Assembly (NCBI GenBank): GCA_001655205.1
Contig: LPNZ01009518.1
Location: 27,038-91,037 of the forward strand
Reading direction: 5' to 3'
Source: Lenisia limosa
Lineage: Eukaryota; Protista; Breviatea
Length of the DNA stretch: 64,000 bases
Below the pieces are notes generated by a model that made no database searches, had not been told where the DNA came from, and worked only from the letters and a program-made list of their open reading frames with translations. The position numbers and the translations under genes were made by a program. Below, piece after piece: positions 39,940-53,100 of the stretch; positions within the stretch are counted from its first letter, which is position 1, and every line of letters starts with the position of its first letter.

Positions 39940-42633
39940 CTAGAATAGGAAGGTTTCCTTGTGTATATCATAAGCGGGTTTCTTTGGCAACTTGTTGATG
40001 CTATTAACAACCATACTGATCTAGGACGTAAGGATAGGAACTGGGCTTACCAATGCTGGTGGACCGCAGCACAGAATGGCGATTCTTGTTGAGAGCTTAG
40101 CGCCTTCGGCCGCCTCCCTGAGAGCCTCTGGATCTGTCACGATGACCGAAGTGCCAACCTGTGACATTGGGCCGGCCTGGCATGACGACACCCTCAGGGT
40201 AGTCCATTTCCCTCGTGCGTTCACTGTGCTTTGTCAGGTACATCCGAAGGTGGAACTGAGGCCTCAGCTGAAAACGTGAGATCAAGAGATAAGAGCGCCA
40301 ACCAAATTGACATCTTCAATGGGGAAGATTTCCTTGCCAAACTCAGGGGTGCGAAACTGAAAAAAATCAGAGAAGGGGCGGGGGTGTCCCTACCGCCCAG
40401 ATCATTGACACATAATGGAAGAAGCGATTTTGGCTATTGAGGTGCATGAATATGGACCTCAGAGGAGTGACGCCGATTCCGCCTGCAATGAAAACGACAC
40501 GCTTGTAGTTGTCCAACGGCAACATCACCGAACCGTACGGTCCCTCAACCTTCATCTGATTGATGAGCAACAAAGCACGCCCACCGTTGGCCATCGCACA
40601 AGGGCTTCGGGGTCCCCTCTTTGCTCAACCACTTCGGGGATTGGAAGTGAAGGACTTGTCGGACAACCTTCATCCACCTTGGTGTCGGCTTGTCTTTCCT
40701 TCATTTCAAGCCCTTCTTGATTTTCATCCTCCTCCTTAGTTGTAATAAAGATAAAAGTAGCACCCACAATGTCTGTGCTAGGGGGTCTGATCTCGACCTG
40801 GTCATGAAGATGCCGTGGCAGTGGAGGGGTGGGAATTGGAGTTCCAGACTAAAAGGTGAGAAACGCACATGTTACCTGGGGGTCCCAGAACTTAAGCTTC
40901 TTTTCCAATTGCGATGTCCAATCCCCTAGTTTTCGGATGTAGATAACAATACTGGGCTCAGCAGGGTGGGAAAAAAGACTGCCGAGTGAGAAAACTGGCG
41001 ACAAACCTGAATGGATGGTATTGCATATGGGCTACCTCACCAATCTTGACCCTCACCCATTGGCCCGCCTCATACTCAAATCCGTCTTTGGAAAATTCAA
41101 TTCTGAAACCGTAATAACGACTTTGACTTGCCTCATGAGATCTTGGACTCGCTTGATGGAAATTATTGTGGCAGTGCCCTTTTTAATGCGTCTTTGTCTC
41201 AGGTACAGGTCAAATGTGTACAAAACCAAGGGAATAAGAGTGACAAGCAGCACAACTGGTCTAAAGGAATCAGTGAAATTTGAACCAGAAGCACCCACTT
41301 ATGCATTACACCAAAGATGAGGAACCCTAATGCCATGATAATGTGTGTCTTGTAGAACAGCTCAAAGTGATGTCTTCTCATGTATCCCTGAAAGTCAAAT
41401 AGTTACAGCTCTGCTAACTTCTGAAGTACTCCACAAAATTAGTCCGCACAAGAGTGACAAAATCCCAGTCCTTGAGGAATTAAATACAACTTGGCATACA
41501 AATTGACATATTCAAATGGCTTGTCGCCGAGATCATCATCTTGAATCCACGACTCAGGGGTGAAGTGGTGGTAATTACTTACTTGGATATATCCTGATCC
41601 ATGAACAATCATCGTAATTACGGTCTAAAGGTTACATACATACATCCAATCTTACCGCTCTTCCAAGCCACCTGTGGTACATTATGCTTCTTTCATAGGC
41701 AATATTTACAAGTTTCTATAATTTGAGTACAGGCTTGAATCTCACTTGTAAAACACCTTTTCTTGATACAGGAAGAAGCAGAAAAGCAAAAAGGTAAGTT
41801 CCAATTACTCCAAATCCAGTTGTCTATGGATAACTTGAACAATTTCCTACCCCGATTCCACCAGAAGCAGCACCAATAATACCAATTAACAAAATCAAAA
41901 TAGCGGCAGGAATAATGATCCTACTTGGTGATTTGCCATATTATGACCAACCAGAAACAGAAACAGTCGAGGGTTGTCCTTGTTGATCTCTAGTAAGTTA
42001 GACAGTGAAGGCAGTTAACATTCACATACTGAGCTTGGGTACTTCTGTGTTGCAAGAAGAAGATTCCATTTCGCTGTCATCTAACATAGTCATTACGTGC
42101 CATTTGATGTTTGCTATTGCCCCAATTCTTACATTTGGTGTTACTGGTGAGTTCACTGTTGGTACTGCTGGTTCCTGTAATGTTATAATGATGACACATC
42201 ACGATTTGATTTTGAATAGATGATATTGTGATTCAATTGGAATTGTATTAAAATGACAATCAACAAATTGAAAAAAATAAAGTAAGACTTATTATGTACT
42301 AACAGTATTATTAAATAATAAAATGACACTTGCAGTTGCTTACTGTTGTTTCCAGAGAAATTTCGTCCATTTCACCTGGATGATGAAGTGGTTCTACAAA
42401 TGACAAGATTACCACTCATATAATATTCATGGACAATACCCACCTTCTTGTCTTTCCTCCTTATCTGACAAATTATTCTTATCCGGGAAGTCACAGTCTT
42501 CGTCTTCATCTTCCTGTTTATTAGTTATTAAGGCATCAACCTTTTCAGAGGATGAATCCTCATCAACAACAACCACATTAGACATGCTATCTTCTTGAGC
42601 GGAGTTGCTTGCCACAATATCTGTATCTGCCAT
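39940..42633 (-). CDS. Ferric reductase-like transmembrane flavocytochrome (FRE/FRO/NOX superfamily)
   Basis: Heme-His segment MRRHHFELFYKTHIIMALGFLIFGVMH. FAD/NADPH motifs VEGPYGS, VVFIAGGIGVTP, ILCCGPPAL and C-terminal HKETFLF followed by TAG. Acidic N-terminal extension. Confidence 0.9.
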
Positions 42634-42659
42634 TACAATAAAACTCCAGATCTTCTTTC

Positions 42660-42694
42660 TGAGGCTTGGCTGAGGCTTGGCTGAAGCTTGGCTG
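42660..42694. repeat. Three copies of an 11-bp tandem repeat (TGAGGCTTGGC) just upstream of the ferric reductase ATG
   Basis: TGAGGCTTGGC TGAGGCTTGGC TGAAGCTTGGC read directly. Confidence 0.85.
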
Positions 42695-43183
42695 GCCGCA
42701 GCCTGCAAGAAGCCTGCAGCACTGATAAGAGAAATGGAAAATGGAAGGAGAATCAGGTTCTCGAGTGCATTTCAAATGTCACTCACATACCAATTACCAA
42801 AAGTAGAAAGGATACCTCCTGTGTCTCTTACCCTACCAATTACTAACTGCTCACTAATTTTCTAATCTTCACTTTTTGACACTCACAAACGACAAAATTA
42901 ACAACCCCCCCTCCCCTCCCCAACCCACCAATGTTTGGAAAACCGAGACCCCATGAAACACTTTACTATGGTGAAAATTCTTNNNNNNNNNNNNNNNNNN
43001 NNNNNNNNNNNNNNNNNNNNNNNNNNNNNNNNNTGCTTCGTTTTGAGTTTAGTAGTTGTGGTTTGTATATTATTAAATTTATTATTATATAATAAGTAAG
43101 TTAAACGCGTATTTACTCACAGAGAAAAAGCTCAATGGAATGAAACTGAAACGTGTTCACATTCCGCGGCTCAACACGCAATC

Positions 43184-46100
43184 ATGCCCCGACTGCTCAT
43201 GTCTGTAGCTCTTATCTTAATTTGGATTACAGCACCTCTTTCTGCGGCCGAAAACCTGAGTCGGCGGGGAAGTATTGCACAACCTGCTAGTCCTCCTCTA
43301 TCTTCTTTTCATTTTGTAGGGATAGGTGTTCTTCTTCCATATGAATCGAGTGACCTCCTACGGCCCTTCCTTGCTCCTGCTGTTGCATCACTCATCATCA
43401 CAGCCGAGGAAATCAACAACAGAACGGACATCCTTCCCAACACAAACGTAAATGATCTGCTTGATTTGTCTACTCGATTTGCTGGTTGAGCTTACGATGA
43501 CAGGTCACGCTCTTCCTCCGAGACACGGAACAGTCTGCCGAAGTAGCGTTGCGACAGGCAGTTGACCTTGTCGAGACCGAAAACGTGCATTGTATCATTG
43601 GGCCGTACTGGACTGAAGTGTAGGCTTGTCGTGTGAGGGTTACTCTTCAGGTCTTCCGTTGTGGGATACTACACAGGAATCAAGGAAATCCCAACACTGA
43701 CATACTCCATTGGAAGCAACTTGAGGGATAGGGTGGGTCTGGTTCCACCTGTTTCATTTAATTTGCAAACATGTTAACTGTTTTTCTTTTTTTATTGGGA
43801 CTGCCGAATATTAGTATCTTTACAAGCAAGTATGACTCGATAAAACTCTAGAACTCCTACCCTTCTTTGGTGCAAGTGTTCACGGATACGGCAGATTTTG
43901 CTGTTGGTATTGCTGAAATCATTGAGTCATACCAATGGGATAAGGTAAGTTAGGCCTAAACCTACTCACCCCCAGATTGCCATTGTCAACACTTTGGATG
44001 AATATGCGATTTCTAGTGCAGAAAAGCTGATAATTGAGCTCACGAAGCGACGTCTTACTGTGGCTTATCATGGGCAGTAGGGCTTCCTTTTGCTTTTTTT
44101 TTACCTTGAGATACCCGAAGTCTGACAAGGCTGCCCTTGAGAGGATCATTCAGGATATGAAAGAGCTTGAGGTTTGAAAGTTCTTCACTTCACATCCTTC
44201 TCTAAATATCCTTAAAAGAGCAAGATTAACCAGTGCCCATCATAATTCTTGAACAAGATTTTTGTATTATGGTTCATTGATATTTGACATTTTTTTTTTC
44301 CATTATAAGGACTTGTCTATTTAATTTCTCAATTTTTAATTGGTGTTTTCAGAACAAAGCTTCGCACAGATTTTGATTGGTGTAGATACGTGTGACGTTC
44401 CTTTCTGTCCCACACCATCAGTGTACACTTTTCTTCGAACAGGTTTATCTTCACAATCTTTTCGGACCTGCATTTGCGTTTGTGGATGAAAAGGCAATTT
44501 GTTTGATTAGTTGATCAGGGCATTGCGACTTAAGGCTGATTTCACCCAGATACTTGACAATGGAAACGTGCACTTCTGACCAGTTCTATTCCTCAGACGA
44601 AGGCCTCATTCCAAGCTTCATCACAACTGCGCTGAGTGTAGGCTGCTTTTGCGTCTCACTGTCTAGGGAACAATTGGAGTTCAGTATTCGGTAGAAATAT
44701 CGGATGATGATACATTTAGTAAGTTGCTTGCGATGGTATCGCCTTACTATCCAGAGGATCTGTACCAGAGCAACATGCCGCTGCCAGGATTCGAGGACCT
44801 CTCTGCTGACGGCGAAATGATGCATTTGCAATACTACTCTCACGACATAATGGATCTGATCGCTCGTGCAGCTCACGAGATGATCGAGTCCAACAAGGTG
44901 CGTCCTGCACCCTTTCCACATTTAACATTTAAATGTTTCTGTTCACTCTCCAGACCTTGACGGCTCCGCTACTCCGATCGGCGATCATCAACACGGCCTT
45001 TAATGGCTCTATCGGCTGTATATCATTTGAGAACGGGTACAAAGTCGTGCAGTATGCAGCATAGCGCTTGTTCGTTTTCACTACATAGGTTATTGGAAGT
45101 GTTCAACTTCCACGACAGCTTCCTTTTGAAGGGAACTATTCACTTATTGGTATGAAGAATAAAGTCATGTCTCTTACTGTTCAGTCCGGTATATTGGACT
45201 TTTTGCAGTTTGATAGTCCCATCACTTTCTTTGGGGGAATGCTCACCCCGCCTGCCTCCACACTCCCTTCTTGCCCTGCAGGAATGTTCCTTGATGTTTT
45301 TGAAAACGGGCTCTCAGAATGTGTCTTGTGGGCCAGGCTTCTCGGCAGGTTTCTTAATTCATTGACCGCGTTTTGTGGCTTACTGGGTCACGTTTCAGGT
45401 GTTCCAATAACTCTATTTCTGCCACCTCTGGGCTCCGCGGATGCACAAGGTGTGCAGACTCTTTTGTTGCAAACTCAGAATCCACAATTTGCCTCCCTGT
45501 CTCCACGTCCCAAGGTCGGCAATCTTTTATGTTAACCCCTCAGATTCAACTGCGATTTCTGGAAATCTTCTTCTCGTGGTTATATTTATCTGTTCTTCCG
45601 TTTTGCTTGGAATCATCGTAGGGATTTTAGCTTGGTCACATTTTTAGTTCCTTGCTTTGAACCGAAAAATCAGAGACAATGCTCTTGTCAGAAGTGAGAG
45701 GGAGGGAGTCACCTCTTGTTGCTCAATAGACAAGCGTTAACATTGTAGTGGAGAGCAGTTGGCTTGTTATGCCGTCTCAAATTGCCATTGAAGAGCAGCT
45801 CAGAACGGTTTGTCGCTATCTTGCCTAATACATTCAGTCAAGTCTGGGCCGTCTCTTTCGAGCGAAATGCTTCGACATGCATGTGGCCCTTCGTGCGATC
45901 TCTGATTCTCATGTGAGGCTCACTATTTTCTTGGATAGTGATCATGTTTCAGTTGAATTCTTCTTCTGTTCAATCCCATGGTAAAACGCTTGTACGATGT
46001 TAGTGGGAATCCAACTTGTCTCTGTCTCAACCTCTCTATGTATCAATCTTATTGTTTAGCTGGTCAAGACTACTATCAAAACAAAGGCAACGTTTGTTGA

Positions 46101-48281
46101 GCATGTTATACCCTTTAATTAACTATTTTAGTCCATACACAATTTCCCGAAGCACTTCTGCGAAGTAGCATTAATGCTGCACAATCTCGAGTAAGTAGTG
46201 TAGCACCTTACATTGCAGTCCCCACCCGTTTTTACTCCCCTTTATCGGAGCCACGCGACTCGACACTAGACATGCTTTAATGTGGAAATGGTCATCTGGG
46301 CCTAATCTGGATGAAACTCTGTCAAATACCACCATCATTCTCAATGCAAAAGAAAAGGTGAGACCCACAAGGCTCATGACGCTCTAGGTTGAACTCTGCA
46401 GCTGTATTTCCATGGCAATAGATCACCTTCATTCATCAGCATCCCCATTGGTTCATGGCTCCCTTCAGGTTCACCCGCTTGTCATTTTGCTCACCTTGTA
46501 GTGCTCAAACTGTTTTGTTGATCTCTCGAACCTCAAAGCCGAAGTAGCTGACGCTGGGCTGTCAAACCTCCTCAATAAACAGTGTCTTCTTTCTTCGAAA
46601 TCTGCATATTATCCACCTGAGTTGAAGGCTGGAGAGGTTTGCTTCCTCCCAGGCTAACATCGTAGTCGTATTCCACCAAATCTGACATCTACTCGCTTGG
46701 AGTTGTCATGTTTGCCATAATGTCACGAAACAGTGGGGGTATATGATATGCATAATGTATATTTCCAATTTAGGGGTATTCTTCTCTGATCTTCTGCCGT
46801 GTGTGAGCCCCTTCCTGCCACCAGCGCCCCTCAGAGAAACGTCCCCCTTCATAAATGCCATCAATGACCATGTCATAGCAGAGCTCATATCTGAGTGTCT
46901 CAGCGTGGAGCCGACCAAAAGACCCAATTCTTCTCAAGTTCTGGTAAGAGCGTTTTACTAATTCAAAGAAAGGAGAATAGCCTCAGCTCAACATATCATA
47001 CTATTTCCTCCAAAGGAATTTCGAAATACTCCTACTGCTATCTCAAAAAAGTAAAAATTTCGTATGACATGACTAGGAACGATTGGCCGAGCACACTCCG
47101 GTGGTTCAAACTGAAGACCGGTGTCTCACGCCCGCTTCTCAGGTACGTTCATGACTGCCATGCCTGACTTTTTAGAACCCAAATGTTCCTGTTGACCCTG
47201 TCTTGTTCCCTTCAGTAAGGATTGTCTTACCTTTGACCTTCAGACCATCATTGTCATTGTCCATTTGCTTCATCACTCCATGGGTGGGCCCGAGCCGCTA
47301 CCTGACTCCATGCAACTCGATCATATCTGTACGTCTGGCTGCTTCCTCTGGTTTCCATATCGCTTTTTGTGAGACTGCTTTTGTATAGTACGAACAAATG
47401 TCGTGATAATAGTAGATGTTGGCTTTGAGAAGATCTGCAGAAGCCATGGCCTGATGAGGGTATGAGGGCTCTCAGACGAGGGGTTGCCACGAAGAGTGTT
47501 ATTTGTTTTTATTATAGACTTGTAGGCCATATAATGGATTCTGACACTGCAGACGGACTCAATCCCCTCAACTTTTACCTGCATAAGCGGCATCACTGAT
47601 TCGAGTAATGCGCCGGAAGCTGCAGGCTGTTGCATAGAAATGACCAACTTCATCCAGGATCTTGTCATTAAAGTGCGTGTGGGATACATGCTAAATTCAC
47701 AAGCATAAACGTATCAAAATAAGATCCCTCCGATTGAGCAGTGTTTTGTTGTTTTCAAATTGTTTAGCCAACAGAGGAAATCTTCTTTTTTACTCCCTCC
47801 CTTTGGAGGTGTTGAAACCCTCTCCATTGCCTATTGCCCATTCCCACGGCTCTGTTTGTTTTGTTGTTATCNNNNNNNNNNNNNNNNNNNNNNNNNNNNN
47901 NNNNNNNNNNNNNNNNNNNNNNNNNNNNNNNNNNNNNNNNNNNNNNNNNNNNNNNNNNNNNNNNNNNNNNNNNNNNNNNNNNNNNNNCGTTGTGTCCTTT
48001 GGCTCTTGTATTGCTGGCCTTCAGGGCAAAACGTTCCCGCAATTCTCGGTTGTTGGCCCTGCGGTAAGAAAACCTTTGCCGTTATCTCACCTTTAGATGC
48101 GACAAGCTAGCGAACTCATATACAGTTGCCCAAGTAGGTTCTCAGCTCTTTTGAAATATGCGATACAATAGTATCAAACTATTTGGCGTCTGAAATACAA
48201 AAAAATCCAATTGGCCTTGAAACCCTCAATGACTCAGTTCACTCCTTTTAGCTGGAAACACGGTCTGCTGCACCGAAATAG
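43184..48281 (+). CDS. Receptor guanylyl-cyclase-like protein: signal peptide, ANF/periplasmic-binding-type ectodomain, Cys-rich repeats, one TM, kinase-homology domain, degenerate class III cyclase domain
   Basis: Signal MPRLLMSVALILIWITAPLSA. Ectodomain IGVLLP, AEEINNRTDILPN and CIIGP. Cys repeats CPAGMFLD and CTRCADSFVANSESTICLP. TM LLLVVIFICSSVLLGIIFLAL then basic NRK. KHD motifs HGSLQCSNCFVD, DAG, IYSLGVVMF and CLSVEPTKRP. Cyclase-like DVGFEKIC and GSCIAGLQGKTFPQFSVVGP. 3' end approximate. Confidence 0.85.
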
Positions 48282-48432
48282 CCTATCGTCTTAGATACTC
48301 TCAGAAGTTTAAATGCTCCGCTGTGAGGGGGAGGGGAGGGGTAACACTGATGGTAAATCTGAGGTTGTAAGCCAAAATTATATTAACTATCGCAGACAAC
48401 GAATGATTCTGTCCACGTGCTAACAGCCCTGC

Positions 48433-49980
48433 ATGAGTCCTCTCAAATATCATCGACAAGCCAAGCGGTTGGTTGTCACCTTGATATCATACTACTACAA
48501 CTGATGTGTTATTTTGCTGATATGGCAGGACAACTTGGCGTCGCCGCGACCCTTCCGTCGTCCGCCGCCGGTACATACTTCCGAGTCCATTAGCGAAATA
48601 GATAACATGTATGGTTTTTTTGTTTTGCAAGAAACAAGGAATTTTTTCGATCTCATGATTACCATGTAAATAAACAGTAACTTGACCTATTTTCCTTGGG
48701 GAAATCACATAGCAAATCGGTCAAGACTTATCCGGTCACTGTATCTATTCCAAGATTGTCACTGTTGACTCTGTAGTTCGAAAAGCGATGGGTCCGTGAT
48801 ATCACCAACGCTCCCCAAAATTGCGTCTTCAATTTCGGAGCTTCAGATTCGCAAGATCATCCAACCCAAAAGCCCCGTTTTGCTGGTAGGTCTTTGCCAA
48901 TGTGTGCCCTTGTCATTTTTTGGTGACAGACTTGGCTTGAGGGAAATTAAAAAAGCATCTCACTAATCAGGATCATGATGTCTCCGGCCGACACCCCCGA
49001 GCAGACCAATACCTTGCCCCCCCATACGCCTCGCCCTTATCCAGACAAGATAGCGGGTTAGATTCCGTTGATTCACCGACACTCTGTTTACGACCTAGAT
49101 CTGTGACAACTCCATTCTATCATGACAACGCTCCTCGAGGGCTTCCCTCCTACCAATTGTCTGATTTAGGGGGCTTTGCAAGAGCTCTTTATATCATATC
49201 ATACAGAATACTCAATTCAATAGCAAAGGGAGGAAGTCGATTTGCATATCATATGATTTTTTGTTATCCCCTTACATCATTATTCCCGTGACGCCTTCCC
49301 TCCCAACAGACCGGACAGTCCAATGAGCCCTACATTCTACAAGGGCAGCTTTGACTCGCCACAAACGCTGGTGATTGAGCCGCTAGAGTCTCAGCCTGTG
49401 CTGCTCTGCAAGGCTCCAAGTGCCTATGACTCAGACAGTCCCACTGTGTCCTCGCCCTTCACCCCTGTAGGAATGGATTGTCCACATCATTTACTGATTC
49501 AGGGGTCGGAGCTACGAGTAGTCCGAAGATGCGACTCGCAGTTGTCGCCGCTTTCATTCAAAGATTCACCTTTACCGTATGTTGCGAAAACAATCATCAT
49601 GTGTTAAAGCAGGGTGGTAATTCAGAAAATTAGCTCGGATTTTTGTTCAATTTTCATTTAGAAGAGGCGTCTTAGAATAATTTTCCAACAGCATCTGTGA
49701 CATTTTTCTGAACTACCACCCTGCTTTAAGGCACTCTCACTTTGCGATCCTTGCCTGCCTATCATATATGCGCCAGTTCCCTTACCGACCAGACCGCTTT
49801 CCTCACCTATACAAACGGATACGGTTCCGCCCTCACCTTCACTTGCTGATGACCTGTCAAAGTTTGTGCCTTGTGTTATTGTCACTCTTTAGATGGGAAT
49901 CGCGCAAGACGGAAAAAACTCCACAGCACTCTATTGTTTAAAGTATTTAAGTTTGCCCTTAGTTATTTGTTAATCTAATT
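48433..49980 (+). CDS. Hypothetical Ser/Pro-rich multi-exon protein
   Basis: ATG at 48433. Short exons with GT-AG boundaries, including ORF 49323..49607. No domain recognised. Confidence 0.4.
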
Positions 49981-50149
49981 TGTATAACAGAGTTCCCCCC
50001 TTTTTTCATTCATTCCTGGAGTTTTGAGGATTACTAATATACATTCACATTGAAACAGGAAACATTTTAAGAAATAAAAAACCATCAAAAGAAACAATGA
50101 TACACAACCTTAGAAATGCATAAAGTAGATCAATTTGCAGCATGAACAA

Positions 50150-53100
50150 GAGTATTTCTAAAAAAAGTGACATAGCAAAAACTGCCTCGCTCTCAGAGAG
50201 AATTCAAGTACAAAAAAAGCCATTTTCAACTCCCACTCACAAAAGGGCCATGGCGTCATCGACAATTAGCAAGCTTCGGGCACAGTCACGAATGTCTCCG
50301 GAGGAACCAGCTAGACCAGTGGCCGACTGGAGCTATACCAATGAGCTAACGAAAACAAACGTACCTTTTTCACGACGCGGGTAATTGAAGGAACCGCAAT
50401 CTAGAGAGTAAGAAGCCTGTTCCCAATGAAGAGATTAAGAAGCCGGTAGAGTGCAATCGAGTTCGTTTCTGAGAAAAGCCAGGCTCACCTTTGAGCTGAT
50501 ATGGCCCAGACCCTGTCCGTAAGCACCAAGTTTGAGGTCAGTTACTGACACTCGCGTTGAAGCCTTCGGGGGGGAGTTTCGGGGGGATGTGTCATCAATC
50601 TTGAGAGTAATCACGGGGCACACGGAACCTACGCTACTGAGACTAGTGACAGACACATCCATGCTCTGACGGCGGATAACTCCTGCTCTTGCGGCAACCG
50701 AGCCTCTTCGTCCCCTGCGCATCACATCTGCAGCCGTTACTTTGTTGCTCAATCATAACGCTAGTCTACCAGCGGCTTACTGTGCGACGATGATGCCGTC
50801 ACTGGTGAATGGCCCATGTCGGGTAGAATGTCCTAAACTGTCAGCAAAGCGACCAAGATAGTCGATTCAATTTGGGCTTTTGCTCAGATATTAAAACAAG
50901 ATCTGTTGAGGATGAGGGCTTACAGATACTGCCATCATTGGGAGTGCCGGGACAGGGGGAACATCCGGGAAGTGGCGTAGGGATGACGATAGGATGCCGT
51001 GCGGCTCCGCAATTAGTCCCTCAAAAAGGAACTTATAGCGTCTACACGGTGACGGAACAAGATGGCGCTTACGCAATGTCGAAGTTGACTTCAAGCACCA
51101 AGGCCCAAGCTTCAAGCTTCTCAGCAATTGCTCGGGCCGCGAAAAGGTCCGTAAGAACACGGCGGTATGTGTAGAGACCTGCAGATTAGTTCTTTCATAT
51201 CACGTAAACAAAGGCACATACGACCATAAAACTACCACCCCTCATACTGACGTAATGGCCGTCCTCAGACACGATTCCTGTCGGGTTTTCGCGATACTTC
51301 AGCGCGCACTGGATCAGCTCGGGAGAGTCTGCGGGACGCCAGTGTCGATCCTGTTGTCTCGCCTCTCGAAGTCCTAAGCGTTAGTCTCATTTAAAGACTG
51401 TTGAGCCCACCTCTGCAGTTCATTAAGGCGCGGCACCGCAGGAGAAGAGCCACTGTCTTCCAGACCGGGCCTTTTCCAATTTTACCGCCAGTAAGAGGAA
51501 GACTGGCAGGCTTGCTGTCGGAATCAATTCCGTCGGAAGCGGAAGGAACATGCAGGAGATGGTTGAGCCATTCCTGGGCCTCCAAAAACTTGCCTTTGGC
51601 AATAAGAAAGGTAGGAACCATGATGATGCAGGCGCCGACAGAGACATCGCTGGCAAAGTCGGTGGGGGTGATAGAGGTGCGACACAAGGACAGAATGACG
51701 TCATTACTGTCACTATCGTTGCACCAGGCGGATACAATTGCAGGTAGCCGACTGTCTGTTGTGATTACCGGCGGAAGCGGCGGGTTAAGGCCTTGAAGCT
51801 TCGGAAGAGCATCGGAAAGAAGTCCCGCTCTTCCGCCAATTAGCCCAATAACAAGGGCCGACGTAATGCACATCGTTGTGGATGGTTCATGCCCCACTCT
51901 TCGAGCAAGTAGAATCATTCGACGAACCTGAAAGTTACATGTCAGACATTAGCCAAACCAAATTCTCTGCATCTTGGGCTTTTCCTCTCACGGTAAGGCC
52001 AACACAGAGGTCAGCAAGGCCCGTTGTGACCTAAAACGTCATTTTATTCGCAATGTTGAACCTGTCTCATTTTCAATTGACCTATCTTTAAATATTGTGT
52101 TATTAAAAAGCACCCGTAAGCAATCGTTATGAGTCTTGGAAGGAAGGTTGCAAAACATCGGTTATAAAGCACCATAGGGGTTCAGACTTACCGGATCAAT
52201 GAAGCCGTCAATGTTACTGAGGAGGGGGACAACGTGTGCGGAAGGCATGTTAGCACACCACGGTCTGAAGTGTCAAAAGCGGAAAAATGACAAGCCTACC
52301 TTGATGGGTTCGTTGGGATACTGCTGAGAATATCGAACGACGACGAAGGCCAATGCCCCACCCTCCAAGATGATTTCGCATAAATGGCGTGGGCGCGAAG
52401 GTCCAGTAGCTCCACATCTCCAACAGGGATAGCTAAGTTGGTTAATAGCACTTCATCTTGTAGCAGTATTTGTTAATAATCCAGCAGGTACTTACTTCGT
52501 GCCAGACCAATAGCTCGCTCTCCCCAGGACCTGAGGGGTTAGTACAGCGGATTGGAACGGTGGACTTAAACCACGGCAACTCACTTCGAATCGTGTAGTT
52601 GGAGACTTTGGAACGAAGTGTAGGCCTTAAAGAGGGTCACTTCCACTGTTGTTGATTTGGGCAGGTCACTCATATGCTCCACGGCCTGATCGATTCCTTT
52701 GCGCAGTTGAGAGGAATGAGCACCGTGGTCCAAGAGATACTGGCAAGAGAGCTTGAATTGGAGAGTGGCCTGACAGTCAAGATTATTTCTTTGTTGGTTG
52801 TTTGGATGCCCCTCATATCAATTAAACCCGTTTTGCTACGTAACAGTATCTAATGCGACAGACAGCAAACTAACCAGAGCAGCGTTGCGATTGGACGACT
52901 CCGTCCGAAGCTGATGGGCCTTGATTGAGAGCGAAAAGAGCTGCGATGACTCACGACTCCTTCCTTCGACTGAAAAGTAAAACAAAGTCTGCAGAACGTA
53001 CTTGCAGCCTTATCTCCAGCAGCCTCCGCCGTATTAGCAGCCAAGGCAATAATTTCCAATGGCGGGTTATCTCGGCCATCCACCGCGAGACTGCGGGGTT

